A DNA stretch of 63,871 nt, the filler included, from Octopus bimaculoides (Eukaryota): the NCBI RefSeq assembly GCF_001194135.2. It is 9 parts of 7 records of this genome, joined end to end, with 100 filler letters (N's around TTAATTAATTAA, not from the genome) between each part and the next. Parts side by side here need not be neighbours in the genome. Positions count along the whole stretch, not along the records: positions 6,562 to 17,308 come from NC_068983.1; positions 17,409 to 21,796 come from NC_068984.1; positions 21,897 to 30,698 come from NC_068997.1; 6 more parts are not named here. One strand, written 5' to 3'. Position numbers and translations under genes: made by a program. Below the pieces are notes generated by a model. The model did not search any database and had not been told where the DNA came from. It was given only the letters and a program-made list of their open reading frames with translations. This document shows positions 11,470 through 22,289 of this stretch, in pieces (position 1 is the first letter of the stretch; the number at the start of each line of letters is the position of its first letter).

Positions 11470-11790
11470 CATACATACATACATACATACATACATACAT
11501 GCATGCATAATACATACATACATTACATACATACATTACATACATACATACATACATATGTGTATACATGCATGCATACATGCATGCAAACATACATACA
11601 TACATACATACATGCATACATTACATTACATACATACATACATGCATACATACATATATACATACATACATTACATACATACATACATACATACGTGTAT
11701 GCATGCATACATGCATGCAAACATACATACATACATACATACATACGTGTATACATGCATGCATACATACATATATACATACATACATAC
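11470..11790. repeat. (TACA)n compound microsatellite with higher-order repetition
   Basis: Direct reading. Confidence 0.95.
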
Positions 11791-12560
11791 CATAGCCACT
11801 CATAATAAAAAGGAATACTGGTGAAATGTCCCAGTGAAGATTTCAATAAAATGTAAGCACAACAGACCTGATATAATGATTTGGGATAGAGAGGAAAAAC
11901 TGTGTACAGTTGGGGAAATCAGCTGCTCTGCAGATGTTAACATAAAGTTGAAGATCAGTGCAAAAGAGACTACCTACGCTGAACTATTGAGAAATCTTCA
12001 GTTACTCTATTCAGATTATAAATTCAGGTTTATACCTGTAATTATTGTAACACACTGCCTAACTTATATATAACACACTTGGGCAAGTGTCTTCTACTAT
12101 AGCCTCGGGCCGACCAAAGCCTTGTGAGTGGATTTGGTAGACGGAAACTGAAAGAAGCCCATCGTATATATGTATGTGTGTGTATGTTTGTGTCTGTGTT
12201 TGTCCCCCCAATATCGCTGTTCGGCAAAAGACACTGATAGAATAAGTACTAGGCTTCCAAGGAATAATTCTTGAGGTCGATTTGCTCAACTAAAAGGCAG
12301 TGCTCCAGCATGGCCGCAGTCAAATGATTGAAACAAGTAAAGCGTATACACTGCCTAAATACCAATCTTGAGAAATTAAGCTTCTGAAAACCAGAAAGGA
12401 GAAAGCTAATTCGAAGACTACCGATCCAACCATCGCTGAAACTGTAAAAATCTGTAAAACTTTCCAAAAGTTTATTATTTAAATATATATGAGCATGTCT
12501 AGATATGCAACTAAGTGCATGAGAATGCATACATAAAGCAAGCCATACAAATCTGCACAG
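11791..12560 (+). mobile_element. 5'-truncated RLE non-LTR retrotransposon (R4/Dong-like), family D5 copy 1, with nested S2 SINE
   Basis: KEYW*NVPVKISIKCKHNRPDIMIWDREEKLCTVGEISC is a PD-(D/E)xK RLE domain. The C-terminus resumes after the SINE. Confidence 0.8.
12063..12347 (+). mobile_element. S2 SINE (5'-truncated) with 11-bp TSD ACACTGCCTAA
   Basis: TSD copies at 12052-12062 and 12348-12358. Confidence 0.85.
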
Positions 12561-12596
12561 ATACATACATACATACATACATACATACATACATAC
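12561..12596. repeat. (ATAC)n tract between D5 copies
   Basis: Direct reading. Confidence 0.95.
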
Positions 12597-14035
12597 GTAA
12601 GAAAATAATAAAATTAATGTCAGCCACACAATTTTTGTTGATGACCTAAAGCTATAAACATGAACATCATCAAGAGACAATTACAACTAGTTACAACGTT
12701 TTTATGGGATTTAGAAATGGGGTTTGACAAGATAAATGTTCATGCATGATAGTCGACCATGGAAGGATTGTTGACCAGGCAGAGAACATGAGCATCAATG
12801 GCTTGTTTATCTCCCATATCTCTAATAATGAAAACTACAAGTATTTCAGAAGTGATGAGAATTTTGCACACATTAGTGTTGTGACTAAATCCAGAATAAC
12901 AAAAGAATTCTTCTGCAGAATCTGGAAAATAGGAAACTCAGAACTATGTGCATGTAAAAAGATCATATCTTACAATGCGTTTGCAGTTGCAGTACTAGTA
13001 CCAGCATTGGTATATTAGTCTGGACACTTGACAAGATCCACAAGCTGGACATCACAACTAGAAAGGTACTGACCACCACTGGTATATTCCACATCAAAAG
13101 CAACATCAACTGGATCAATATGAGATGAAGAGATGGTGGTAGAGACATAAGGTCAGTCCAAACAGCCTTTGAATGATGCATTGTATCACACAGACAATAC
13201 CTACTGAACATACATTAAAGAAAGAAATGACTACATTATATGCATATGAAAATGTGAGAGCAACAACATCTTCAGAGCAGAGTAGGGAAAAAATTCCTGA
13301 CTAGATACCCTGAGAGTACAACTGTCTCATGTAAGCCAAAGGAGGGTGGACTGGCCTACCTAAACAGAAGCTTGGAGAAGAAGCACAATCATACTAGCAA
13401 AAAACAATGTATGGGTACACAACTCATAAGCTAGAGGAGAACAACAGTATCAACAGGAAGGGTAGCCTTTCCTGGATCTGCAGCAGATACATTACATCCC
13501 ACCTAGAAGGACATGCTTTGCTATCGAGGAACAAGAGATAGCTACTAAATTCCTGATAAATAAAAGGGACAAAGATACCACCAAACTGCCATGTTGTGAT
13601 AAAAAATGTTGGCTTTGCTATATTAGTGCAGAAAATAATACCAGAAGTTGCTCCAAAATGTCTATGAGATACTATCTGTCCCTGAGGCATGATATAATTG
13701 CAAAAACTATTTACAGAGTTATTTGCAGGAAGGATTGCTCTGACAGATACATACATGAAACTTGCCGCAACCAGAACATATTTATACCTTTAAAAATAAA
13801 GAATACTGGTGGAATGCTCCAATAAAAACAGCAATCTGGTGCAAACACAACAGACCAGATCTTGTGGGACAGGGAACAAACATGAAGCACTGTTGTAGAG
13901 GTCAGCTACCTAGATGTGAAAATGCCATCAAGAGTCCAGGAAAAAAAGAGAGCATTTATGATGAATTGCTACAGAACTTGTAGCTCTTGTACCCTGAGCA
14001 TAAATTTTCATTTGTACTCATCAGCATGGTCCATT
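12597..14035 (+). mobile_element. RLE non-LTR retrotransposon family D5 copy 2 (degenerate RT to RLE)
   Basis: KNKEYWWNAPIKTAIWCKHNRPDL is homologous to copy 1. Upstream degenerate RT-like sequence. Confidence 0.65.
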
Positions 14036-14039
14036 AGGA

Positions 14040-14590
14040 CTATTCTCCTCCCTGAACCACTCCCATATTTCTCACCTTACACCTCTCCATTGTGGTATTT
14101 CTCTCAACTGTACCTCCACTCTTATTTATCAAGCATTGCATTCCCCCCACCACCACCTTTCACCAACTGTTACTCCTCTTTTGCCCTCTATGAAAGCAGC
14201 CACACTGCCCTTCTTTCCCATAACCCACTTTCCATATCCTTTCTTATGCTCATCTACATCGAGAGTTTGATCTGGACCTCCATTACTACTTCCTTTTATC
14301 TCTTTCTTAGCAACTCCTATCCACCTCTATTTATAACTGGAGTAAGCCATGGATCTCCTCTGCAGCAAGACACCTGTGTTTGTTCTTACTTTAACTCTTC
14401 AATATATGGCTTAAAACCACCTCTCCCTTTCAAACACACCACATTTAATAGTAGGAGCTTTTTTTCTTTTTATCTCCCTGTTTTTCTTCTATCTTGGAAG
14501 TAACATGGCAATCAGCTGTAGAAACCATGTCAAACCTTACATTAAAGCTTGATGTAGCCTTCATGGAAAGTGGATGATGATGATGATATA
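14040..14590 (+). mobile_element. Old LINE 3' end with (GAT)n tail (RTE-like?)
   Basis: Ends in catggaaagtggatgatgatgatgat, like the tail at 21215-21420. No clear protein motif. Confidence 0.3.
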
Positions 14591-14647
14591 TATATATATA
14601 TGTGTGCGTGCATAAATATATACATAAAGTCATACACATATATTACA

Positions 14648-15045
14648 TAGGTGCAGGTGTGATTGTGTTTTAATAAGTTTGCTTCCCAACCATATGGCTC
14701 TGGGTTCAGTCCCACTGCATGGCACCTTGGACAAGTGTCTTCTATTATAGCCTCGGGCCAACCAAAACCTTGTAAGTGGATTCAGGAGACAGAAACTGAA
14801 AGAAGCCCAGTATATCTATATTTACATATGTGTGTGTGTGTGTGTTTGCACCTGTTTTGTCCCCACCACAGCTTGACAACCAGCATTTGTATGTTTACAT
14901 CCCTATAACTTTGCAGTATGGCAAATGAGTCCAATTGAATAAGTACTAGACTTTTAAAAAAGTACTTGGGTTGATTCCTCAAGGTGATACCCCATTCAGA
15001 CCCACAGTCTAATGACTGAAACAAGTAAAAGATAAAAGATATTCT
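14648..15045 (+). mobile_element. S2 SINE, full length with internal microsatellite
   Basis: tRNA-like head (ggttcagtccc), accttggacaagtgtctt CORE-like start, internal (TA/TG)n, 3' half. Confidence 0.8.
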
Positions 15046-16089
15046 TTACATATATGCTAGACACCCACATATCCATGCAAGCATATATATATACAGACTT
15101 ATATACGCACTCGTTTGAGTGTACGTATAAGTATCCTCTCTACTGCTGTTAAAGATGGACAGTGGCTGTACTGTTGATGTCTACTGAGGCAGAAACATGT
15201 TCAGCTTGCTGCTGTTATCTGACAAATTGTCTTTTAGAAATTATCTCCCCTTCTTATCTGTAAACAAGTTGCTGCTTTGTTCTCATGGAACCCTCTATGA
15301 TTATTTCATAAGGCTGAATGCAAGATAGCCAAATTTAATTAACCATAAAATCAGAATACTGGAAACTTGTAAGGCAGAAAACTCAAAATACCACATTCTG
15401 AAAACTTGCAATACTGATTTTTGGATTTATGGGGAAAATTTATTAATGGTATTAAAATATAGCTTAGTTGACAAACATAACAAATAAACTAGGTGTATTA
15501 CATGGCTATGAGACGAACTGCATAAGCAAAATTGTATATGGTATTTTATCAAATATTTCTGTACTTAATTTTCTGATTATTGAACATTTTTCCTTTCTTT
15601 CAATACAAACAAAAATATTCAATTTCATTGATTGGAATTCAGTAAATGCATTTTCTTATGTGATTTGCCTTTACTTCTATACTGTATAATGTCGATACAC
15701 AAATTTCTATTTCATCCATGTTCTTTCCTTCATTGACCATGCATTTGTGTGTGTGTGTGGGGGGGGCATGCGTGTGTGGGTGTGTCAGTGTGTGGGACAC
15801 ATTCTTTTCGATATCTTGTTGGATTATTTATATCAAACTGGAAAAGCTGTATGCAAATGTTCCCTACTCCAATTTAGAAAATATCTCTGAAATTGTTCTG
15901 ACACAAAAATATGAATACATATCATCTTTCAATGTCCACCCTACATACTGGCATGGGTTGGGCAGTGTGACAGGGTTTCAGGAGTCAAAAGGTCACTGTT
16001 ATACAAATGTGCCAAACACTTTACAAAGAGTACAGGGTGTTATTTTCTACTGATAATGATTGCATCATAACATGCAGGGGTTAACTCTA

Positions 16090-16900
16090 AAGTAGACATT
16101 TTCCATGCAGAAGCCATCCTCAGAACCAGCTATCACTGTTGAAGGGTGTTGATAAGTTCATGAACCTCAGAAGTTCACTCTTCAGGTCTGTGAACATTGA
16201 TGATAAGGTTGACATGTGCATCGTCAAGGAAAGCTCAGCATTCAGATGGCTATGTGAATCACTGTGGGAGAGGGGAGATATTAGGCTGGCCACTAATTTG
16301 AAGGTGTATCAAGCAGTTGTACTACCTACTCTACTGTATGCCTGTGAGACAGGGGCAGTTTATGAACACCGTGTCAAAAAGCTAAAACACTTCTACATGA
16401 ATGGCCTGAGAAAGCTGTAGAATATCACCTGGCAAGACAAGGTTCCAGACACAGAGGTCCTCTCTTGAGCTGATCTGTCAAGCATTTGCTTGATCTGCTG
16501 AGAAGAGAGCAAGTCGGGTGAGCAGGCTGTCTTGTTTGAATACTTGATACATGACTCCCCGAGAGACTGTTTTGCAGTGAACTGGTAGAAGGCAAGCGCA
16601 CACAAGATCAACAGAGAAAGCATTTCAAGGACACACTCGAAGCCTCATTGAAGACTTTTGAGATACCCCTCCCCTACTGACAGCTGTGAAAGAACATCTG
16701 GCCTAGAGAAGCTGCACCAGCAGAAGTGCTACCTCCTATGAACAGAACAGAATTGCAGGGCGGGGGACATAAAAAAAAAAAGAAAACATGAACTGTGCAA
16801 GTCTAGAGCTAACTCATTGCTTCATTCCATGCAGACCTGTGGCAGAGCCTTCCGAGCACATATCAGATTGATTGATCACAGCTGGACAGACTGTGTCCTG
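16090..16900 (+). mobile_element. RTE-clade LINE ORF2 relic
   Basis: SAFRWL..SLW..KVYQAVVLPTLLYACET..NITWQDKVPDTEVL is the typical RTE C-terminal region. Confidence 0.85.
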
Positions 16901-17431
16901 TCTTCTCTTGTGTCCTGTCTTCTCTTGTGTCCTGTCTCTCTTGTGTCATGTCCTTGGTCATCACTGACAGTGACACACATGCATGCCCACACACACGCAC
17001 GGACATTAAACAATAAAATATCTATTTTGTGCATGACAATGCATGAGACACAATGATTGAAGTAAAATTAAATATTACAATTCCATCCTGTAGGTTAAAT
17101 AAGAATATGAACATATTTTTCATGCTATTTATGTATGGGCGGAAGAAGAGAGAGGGTGTCTTCTCTTGATGGACTATTTCACGCTTTGTTGACTGCTCCT
17201 CAGAGAAGATATACACTTCCTTTACCCCCAAAATAGCACAAGTAAACTGGTCTATAAAACAATTGTTGGATCTAAATCAGAAAGATCCCAATTGTTTAAT
17301 TTATATATNNNNNNNNNNNNNNNNNNNNNNNNNNNNNNNNNNNNNNNNNNNNTTAATTAATTAANNNNNNNNNNNNNNNNNNNNNNNNNNNNNNNNNNNN
17401 NNNNNNNNATATATATATATATGTATATATA

Positions 17432-17648
17432 CATATATTTGTGTGCCTGTGTTTGTCCGCCCATCATCGCTTTGACAACCGATGTTGGTATGTTTACGTC
17501 CCCGTAATCTAGCGGTTCGGCAAAAGAGACCGGTAGTATAAGTACTAGGCTTTCAAAGAATAAGTCCTGGGGTCGATTTGTTCGACTAAAGGAGGTGCTC
17601 CAGCATAGCCGCAGTCAAATGACTGAAACAAGTAAAAGAATAAAAGCA
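17432..17648 (+). mobile_element. S2 SINE, 3' half
   Basis: Matches 3165-3372. Confidence 0.85.
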
Positions 17649-17745
17649 CATGAGCTTCTGACTACCCAGCCACATTTGTGTGTAATGAAATTAAAAACCG
17701 GGCGCTACAGAAACGATTGTAAATAATTGTGAAGTTACACTGTTT

Positions 17746-17841
17746 TTACCAGTGATGTTTTTGGAGTCTCTGCAGCGGCGGGTTTGCAGCTTTATCAGAG
17801 TTGCAATATGAATGTGGAGAGCCCGGGGGTTGGGCTATGTG
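17746..17841 (-). CDS. Tentative last coding exon E19: HIAQPPGSPHSYCNSDKAANPPLQRLQKHHW*
   Basis: ttctatttccaatgcag| acceptor, only phase 0 open. Ends in TAA, or splices at TG|gtaaaa (17750) to further exons. Confidence 0.4.
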   Translation of the reverse strand, partial: HIAQPPGSPHSYCNSDKAANPPLQRLQKHHW

Positions 17842-18127
17842 CTGCATTGGAAATAGAACGGTTTGTTATCCTATCAGAATCTGCACTATATGCCCATGCA
17901 CGCGCGCGTGTGTGTTTATTCATATTTGTCCGGAAATCGAATCCACGATTTCATAATCATGAATGCAACGCCACAACCATCTAGACCTTTACATTCATAC
18001 ATTCATGTTCTAGAAGAAAATCATACTTGCATTTCGATATAATTTGGACAGACAGACTATATTACAAGCAGTATTTAGTTACAAACATTTAGTTGCATAT
18101 ATGTGAATGTGGTCACGGTAGACTTAC

Positions 18128-18136
18128 CCTATCATC
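18128..18136 (-). CDS. Candidate 9-nt microexon E18: DDR
   Basis: cttgcttttttttacataccctacaag|GATGATAGG|gtaagt. An 87-nt intron separates it from E17. Confidence 0.35.
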
Positions 18137-18223
18137 CTTGTAGGGTATGTAAAAAAAAGCAAGTGAAATACTGAAGCCAAGCCAATGGACTGTTGCCTCC
18201 CATCAAAATGTTTCTTCTTTTAC

Positions 18224-18291
18224 TTCAGACATCGCCCTGACGTCTTTATCCTGTCCCGGCAATTCATAAAGTCCTTCAAAGCGTTTCACTT
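18224..18291 (-). CDS. Exon E17 (68 nt): (K)VKRFEGLYELPGQDKDVRAMSE
   Basis: Open frame phase 1->0 with GAA|gtaaaa donor. Acceptor tactctaag| is weak. Confidence 0.45.
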
Positions 18292-18597
18292 CTTAGAGTA
18301 CTGCTGGCTGTCGATTATGATGTTTTGCGGTGGTGGTGGTGGTTGTGGTGGTGGTGGTGATGGTGGTGGTGGGGCGGTGTTATTTTTAATGTTTTTTGTA
18401 TTTCTTTCTCTTTTCTCTGGTTACTATTTATATTCCTTGACCTACTTCTCTTGTCTTTCGTTAACTTTTAAACTCGTATTGCTGCTGCTGCTGTTTGTTT
18501 ATGACGCCAGGTTGTGGTTTCCATATTTACCTTAATCAATTCATACTAAATTGTGAATCAAACAATTCAGTTATTATTATTATTATTTACTATAACT

Positions 18598-18834
18598 AAG
18601 GCGGCGAACTGGCCGAAACGTTAACAACGCCGGACGAAATGCTGAGCAGTATTTCGTCCGTCTTTACGTTCTGAGTTCAAATTCCACTGAAGTCGACTTT
18701 AATTTCCATCCTTTCGGGACCGATAAATTAAGTACCAGTCAAGTACTGGGTCGATATAATCGACTATTCCCCTCCCCCAAACTTCAGGCCTTGTACCTAT
18801 AGCAGAAAGGATTATAATGATGATGATGATGATG

Positions 18835-18884
<50 letters not shown>

Positions 18885-19305
18885 CTACTATAGCTAAGGT
18901 GGCGAGCTGGCAGAATCGTTAGCATGCCGGGCGAAATGCTTAACGGCATTTCGTCGGTCTTTACGTTCTGAGTTCAAATTCTGTCGATGCCAAATTTGCC
19001 TTTCCTTCTTTCAGGGTCGATAAATTAAGTATCAATAGAGTACTGGGGTCGATGTAATCGACTTAACCCCTCCCCACAAATTTCAGTCCTTATACCTGTG
19101 ATACAAAGGGTATCTACGGCGATGAGCTGACTGAATCGTTAAATGGTGAAGAATATTACCTTGTGATATTTGTTCCGTCTCTTTGCGTTCTGAGTTCAAC
19201 TTTGACTTTCAATTTGTGGGGGCTCGATGAAAATAAAGGACTAGTAAAGTATTGGGATTAAAGGTATCGACTGTTCCCTTCTTTGCTCAGAACTGCTGGT
19301 ATTGT
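18598..19305 (+). mobile_element. Three tandem S1 SINEs (18598-18815, 18897-19112, 19114-19305)
   Basis: Three ggcggcga.ctgg..gaa.cgtta heads with ttctgagttcaa cores. An (ATG/ATT)n tract separates the first two. Confidence 0.85.
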
Positions 19306-19379
19306 ACGTTAATTAGAAACTATTTGTTATGACTGACCACGTTTACAAATATTGGCCTTTTTAATTAATTGTGTCTCAC

Positions 19380-19452
19380 TCCTGGCAATGACATCCTGTG
19401 TTTCTTCTGGGGATTTTCTGTTGACGGAAGTTCTATCGGATGGAGATGGAAG
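19380..19452 (-). CDS. Exon E16 (73 nt): LPSPSDRTSVNRKSPEETQDVIAR
   Basis: gccatttcag| acceptor and GGA|gtgaga donor. Phase 0->1; a second frame is also open. Confidence 0.55.
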
Positions 19453-19721
19453 CTGAAATGGCGGTTGCATGTTTGGATGACACAACAAGAAGACAAAGCA
19501 AATAATCAGTGGCGATCCACTTAACAACAACAACAGCACTAATTCAGCAAAGTCTGTCGAAATAGAGAAGAGATTCATCAGAAATACTGAAAATGTAAAT
19601 AACATTTTGTTGCGAAGGTTCTTTAAGATTCGCTGAGAATCTAACTGAAACCGTTAATTACATTGTTTAATTACGACGTCTACTTCTACTCTAAACATCA
19701 TCATCATCCTCGTCATCATCC

Positions 19722-19758
<37 letters not shown>

Positions 19759-20143
19759 CATCATCATCATTATCACCGCCGTCGTCGTCGTCATCATCAT
19801 CATCATCATCCTCCTTTAAATCATTTCCTCCTTTAAATGTGTCGAAAATTATACACCAGTGAAGTATTAGGATCGAAATAATCCCTTATCCACTCCCACA
19901 AAATATGTACGCGTGTGTCTAAGTTAAAAATCCATTACATTAGTCTATTTATGGTGATGTGCATTCGAGTGTTACGTTTTAAACTACCTTAACTACAAAC
20001 ACAGTGCTCAACCTTATAGACACTAATCCAATTATACACACAATCATATAAACGCTCTCAAAAATGAAAGACATTGAAGTAGACAATATGTCTTATCGTT
20101 AACCTTTTCTTGTTTAAATCTTTTAAAGGACGAAGTGTTTCTA

Positions 20144-20349
20144 TTAGGTTGGTGCATAATTATTGCAGTTTTTTTTTCCAATAAATTTTATTCAACAAAA
20201 CCAATAACAATATTTAACAAAAGCATCTTTAAATGGTTATTCCGGAGCATATTCACCATCGACTTCAATTTCAGCTTGGCGTTTTGTTTAGATTTTTTGT
20301 TGAATAAAATTTATTGAAAAAAAGTCGTAATAATTATGCACCAACCTAT
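20144..20349. mobile_element. Mariner-derived MITE (~206 bp)
   Basis: TIR TTAGGTTGGTGCATAATTA / TAATTATGCACCAACCTA with TA flanks. Resembles Hsmar1/MADE1-type TIRs. Confidence 0.8.
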
Positions 20350-20476
20350 TATAAGTCCATTCTGGGATTAGCCAGCATTACCACTGCTGGTTTGCTGAAG
20401 TACCACCAACAATTTTAATTCATTAAAAGTAGTGGATCGAACTCCAGTCTGCTGTGTGACAACCAAGAGAGCTTAC

Positions 20477-20530
20477 ATCTATACCACCGACAACGAACAC
20501 GTGTAAATATAGACAGAATAATACTTCCAG
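20477..20530 (-). CDS. Exon E15 (54 nt): LEVLFCLYLHVFVVGGID
   Basis: tttttaatatatttcag| acceptor and GAT|gtaagc donor. Phase 0->0. Confidence 0.55.
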
Positions 20531-20732
20531 CTGAAATATATTAAAAATTTATAAAAAGCGAATGAGCACCATCTGTTATGTTTGTTTACGCAGGAACAAT
20601 TCAAGCGTAAGAAAACGCAGGCGTGCACGCACACACACGCACGCACGCACGCACACACACACACACACAAAGAAAGTAAGAAGCATATTACTATAATAGG
20701 TGCTACACAGAGAAACCGCTTTGTAAACTTAC

Positions 20733-20773
20733 TTAACAAGTCCGCTACCAGTCACAAGCTTATTGGCTGGCAC
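20733..20773 (-). CDS. Candidate alternative exon (41 nt): VPANKLVTGSGLV
   Basis: tttttgttgtacatag| acceptor and AA|gtaagt donor. Only phase 0->2 is open. Incompatible with E15 (premature stop). Confidence 0.35.
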
Positions 20774-21214
20774 CTATGTACAACAAAAACAACTGCAACA
20801 ACAACTACTACTACTACTACTACTACTACTATGACTACTACTACAAATATATATATATATATATTAGTGTATATACCATTATACAAGCATAAACGCTCGT
20901 GCACACACCCTTTTGTGTGTAGACGGTTAAGAACAAACACCAGGGTATTGAACAGATGCAAAAGAACTAACAGCTGATGCTTAAGTGGGGTGAATAAATG
21001 GAGAACAACTCAGCAACGAAGTTAATGTGTGTGTAAGGTATTAACTATAGAAGATTGAACCGGGAGAATTACAGGTATTACCGACTATACTTTTACATTA
21101 AATCTGTTCTGGCCCCTTTTTCTTATACTTTACTAATAACTCCTCTTCTTCTCACATAATATTCTCTCCTTGGTCGACTTTCACTCAGTCGAAGGAGATC
21201 TTAGTCTTACAAGA

Positions 21215-21420
21215 TGTATGGCCGCATCAGTAGTGGTGGTGCACCGAGAAAAGCACCCTGTACACTTTGTAAAATGGTCGGAATTATGAAGGGCATCAAG
21301 TCACAGAAACCATACCGAAGCAAATATTTGTACAGGATACTATCCTTGGCCCCATCAGATCTTGTCCAACTGTCTTATGCCTACGTGGACATGGACGTTA
21401 AATGAAGAGGATGATGACCA
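21215..21420 (+). mobile_element. Retroposon 3' end with (GAT)n tail (RTE-type)
   Basis: Ends catggacgttaaatgaagaggatgatga. Related inverted scraps near 6730 and 15940. Confidence 0.45.
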
Positions 21421-21465
21421 TATATATATATTGGTAATTAGTAAAGGACTTCTCCAAGCGTTTAC

Positions 21466-21485
21466 CAGTTTCCTCGCAGTTGGGT
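21466..21485 (-). CDS. Exon E14 (20 nt): (D)PTARKL
   Basis: cctattttggag| acceptor (GAG, weaker) and CTG|gtaaac donor. Phase 1->0. Confidence 0.4.
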
Positions 21486-21671
21486 CTCCAAAATAGGTTA
21501 TTCAACGATTAATATATAAATCCAGTAATAATTCTCATATGATAAGAATTTACAGATATATTCCGTTGGATTATTCTAAATATATTACCTTAAACATACA
21601 GATTTCCTGGAGTATTTAATATCAGCAATAATAAGGATTATTACGAAGTAACATTAGCATTACCTTTAATT

Positions 21672-21710
<39 letters not shown>

Positions 21711-22094
21711 CTTCAAATAGACCTACACATGTTTCTACTACTTCGATTAGTAACCGTTGCAAATGCAACCTAACTATAATACCAGTGCAGTTTCTCNNNN
21801 NNNNNNNNNNNNNNNNNNNNNNNNNNNNNNNNNNNNNNNNTTAATTAATTAANNNNNNNNNNNNNNNNNNNNNNNNNNNNNNNNNNNNNNNNNNNNTATG
21901 TATACGGGTAATATAGTATAGTAAAGAGAAATAAACAAAATAATTAATTAATCTAGTGGAAATCCACAGGAGAGCAATAAAAATAGAAAATTAAGGAGTT
22001 ATCTCCCCTATAATAACAAAGACGAAAGCTAACGATGTCCTAAAGACCTAATAATAGTTATGTATGTGTTTTTTCGTGTTTTGTTCGAAAGGTA

Positions 22095-22180
22095 ACCACT
22101 CCTGAAGAAGTGCCAAACGTCTAAATCCAATGGACCAGTCACTGGATAAGTTTGGCACAGAAATGTTAACATAGAGTGGT
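22095..22180 (+). ncRNA. Type I hammerhead ribozyme motif (Penelope pLTR-like)
   Basis: Stem I ACCACTC/GAGTGGT, core CTGAAGA, stem II GTGCCAAAC/GTTTGGCAC, GAAA, palindromic stem III ATGTTAACAT, cleavage triplet AUA. AATAAA follows at 22182. Confidence 0.75.
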
Positions 22181-22289
22181 GAATAAATCGATATATCGAA
22201 TTTGAAGTCTCTGTCTCTTTTGAATATGAAAATTTAAAAGTTTAAAAACCTTATGATATATATATATATATACAAACATGCATACACAC

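Noticed and set aside
19327-19605. Full 92-aa ORF with a hydrophobic stretch as a membrane protein
   Set aside because: The 5' part is (TTG)n and T-rich intron-like sequence. Only the 3' 73 nt, after gccatttcag, fits the exon chain.
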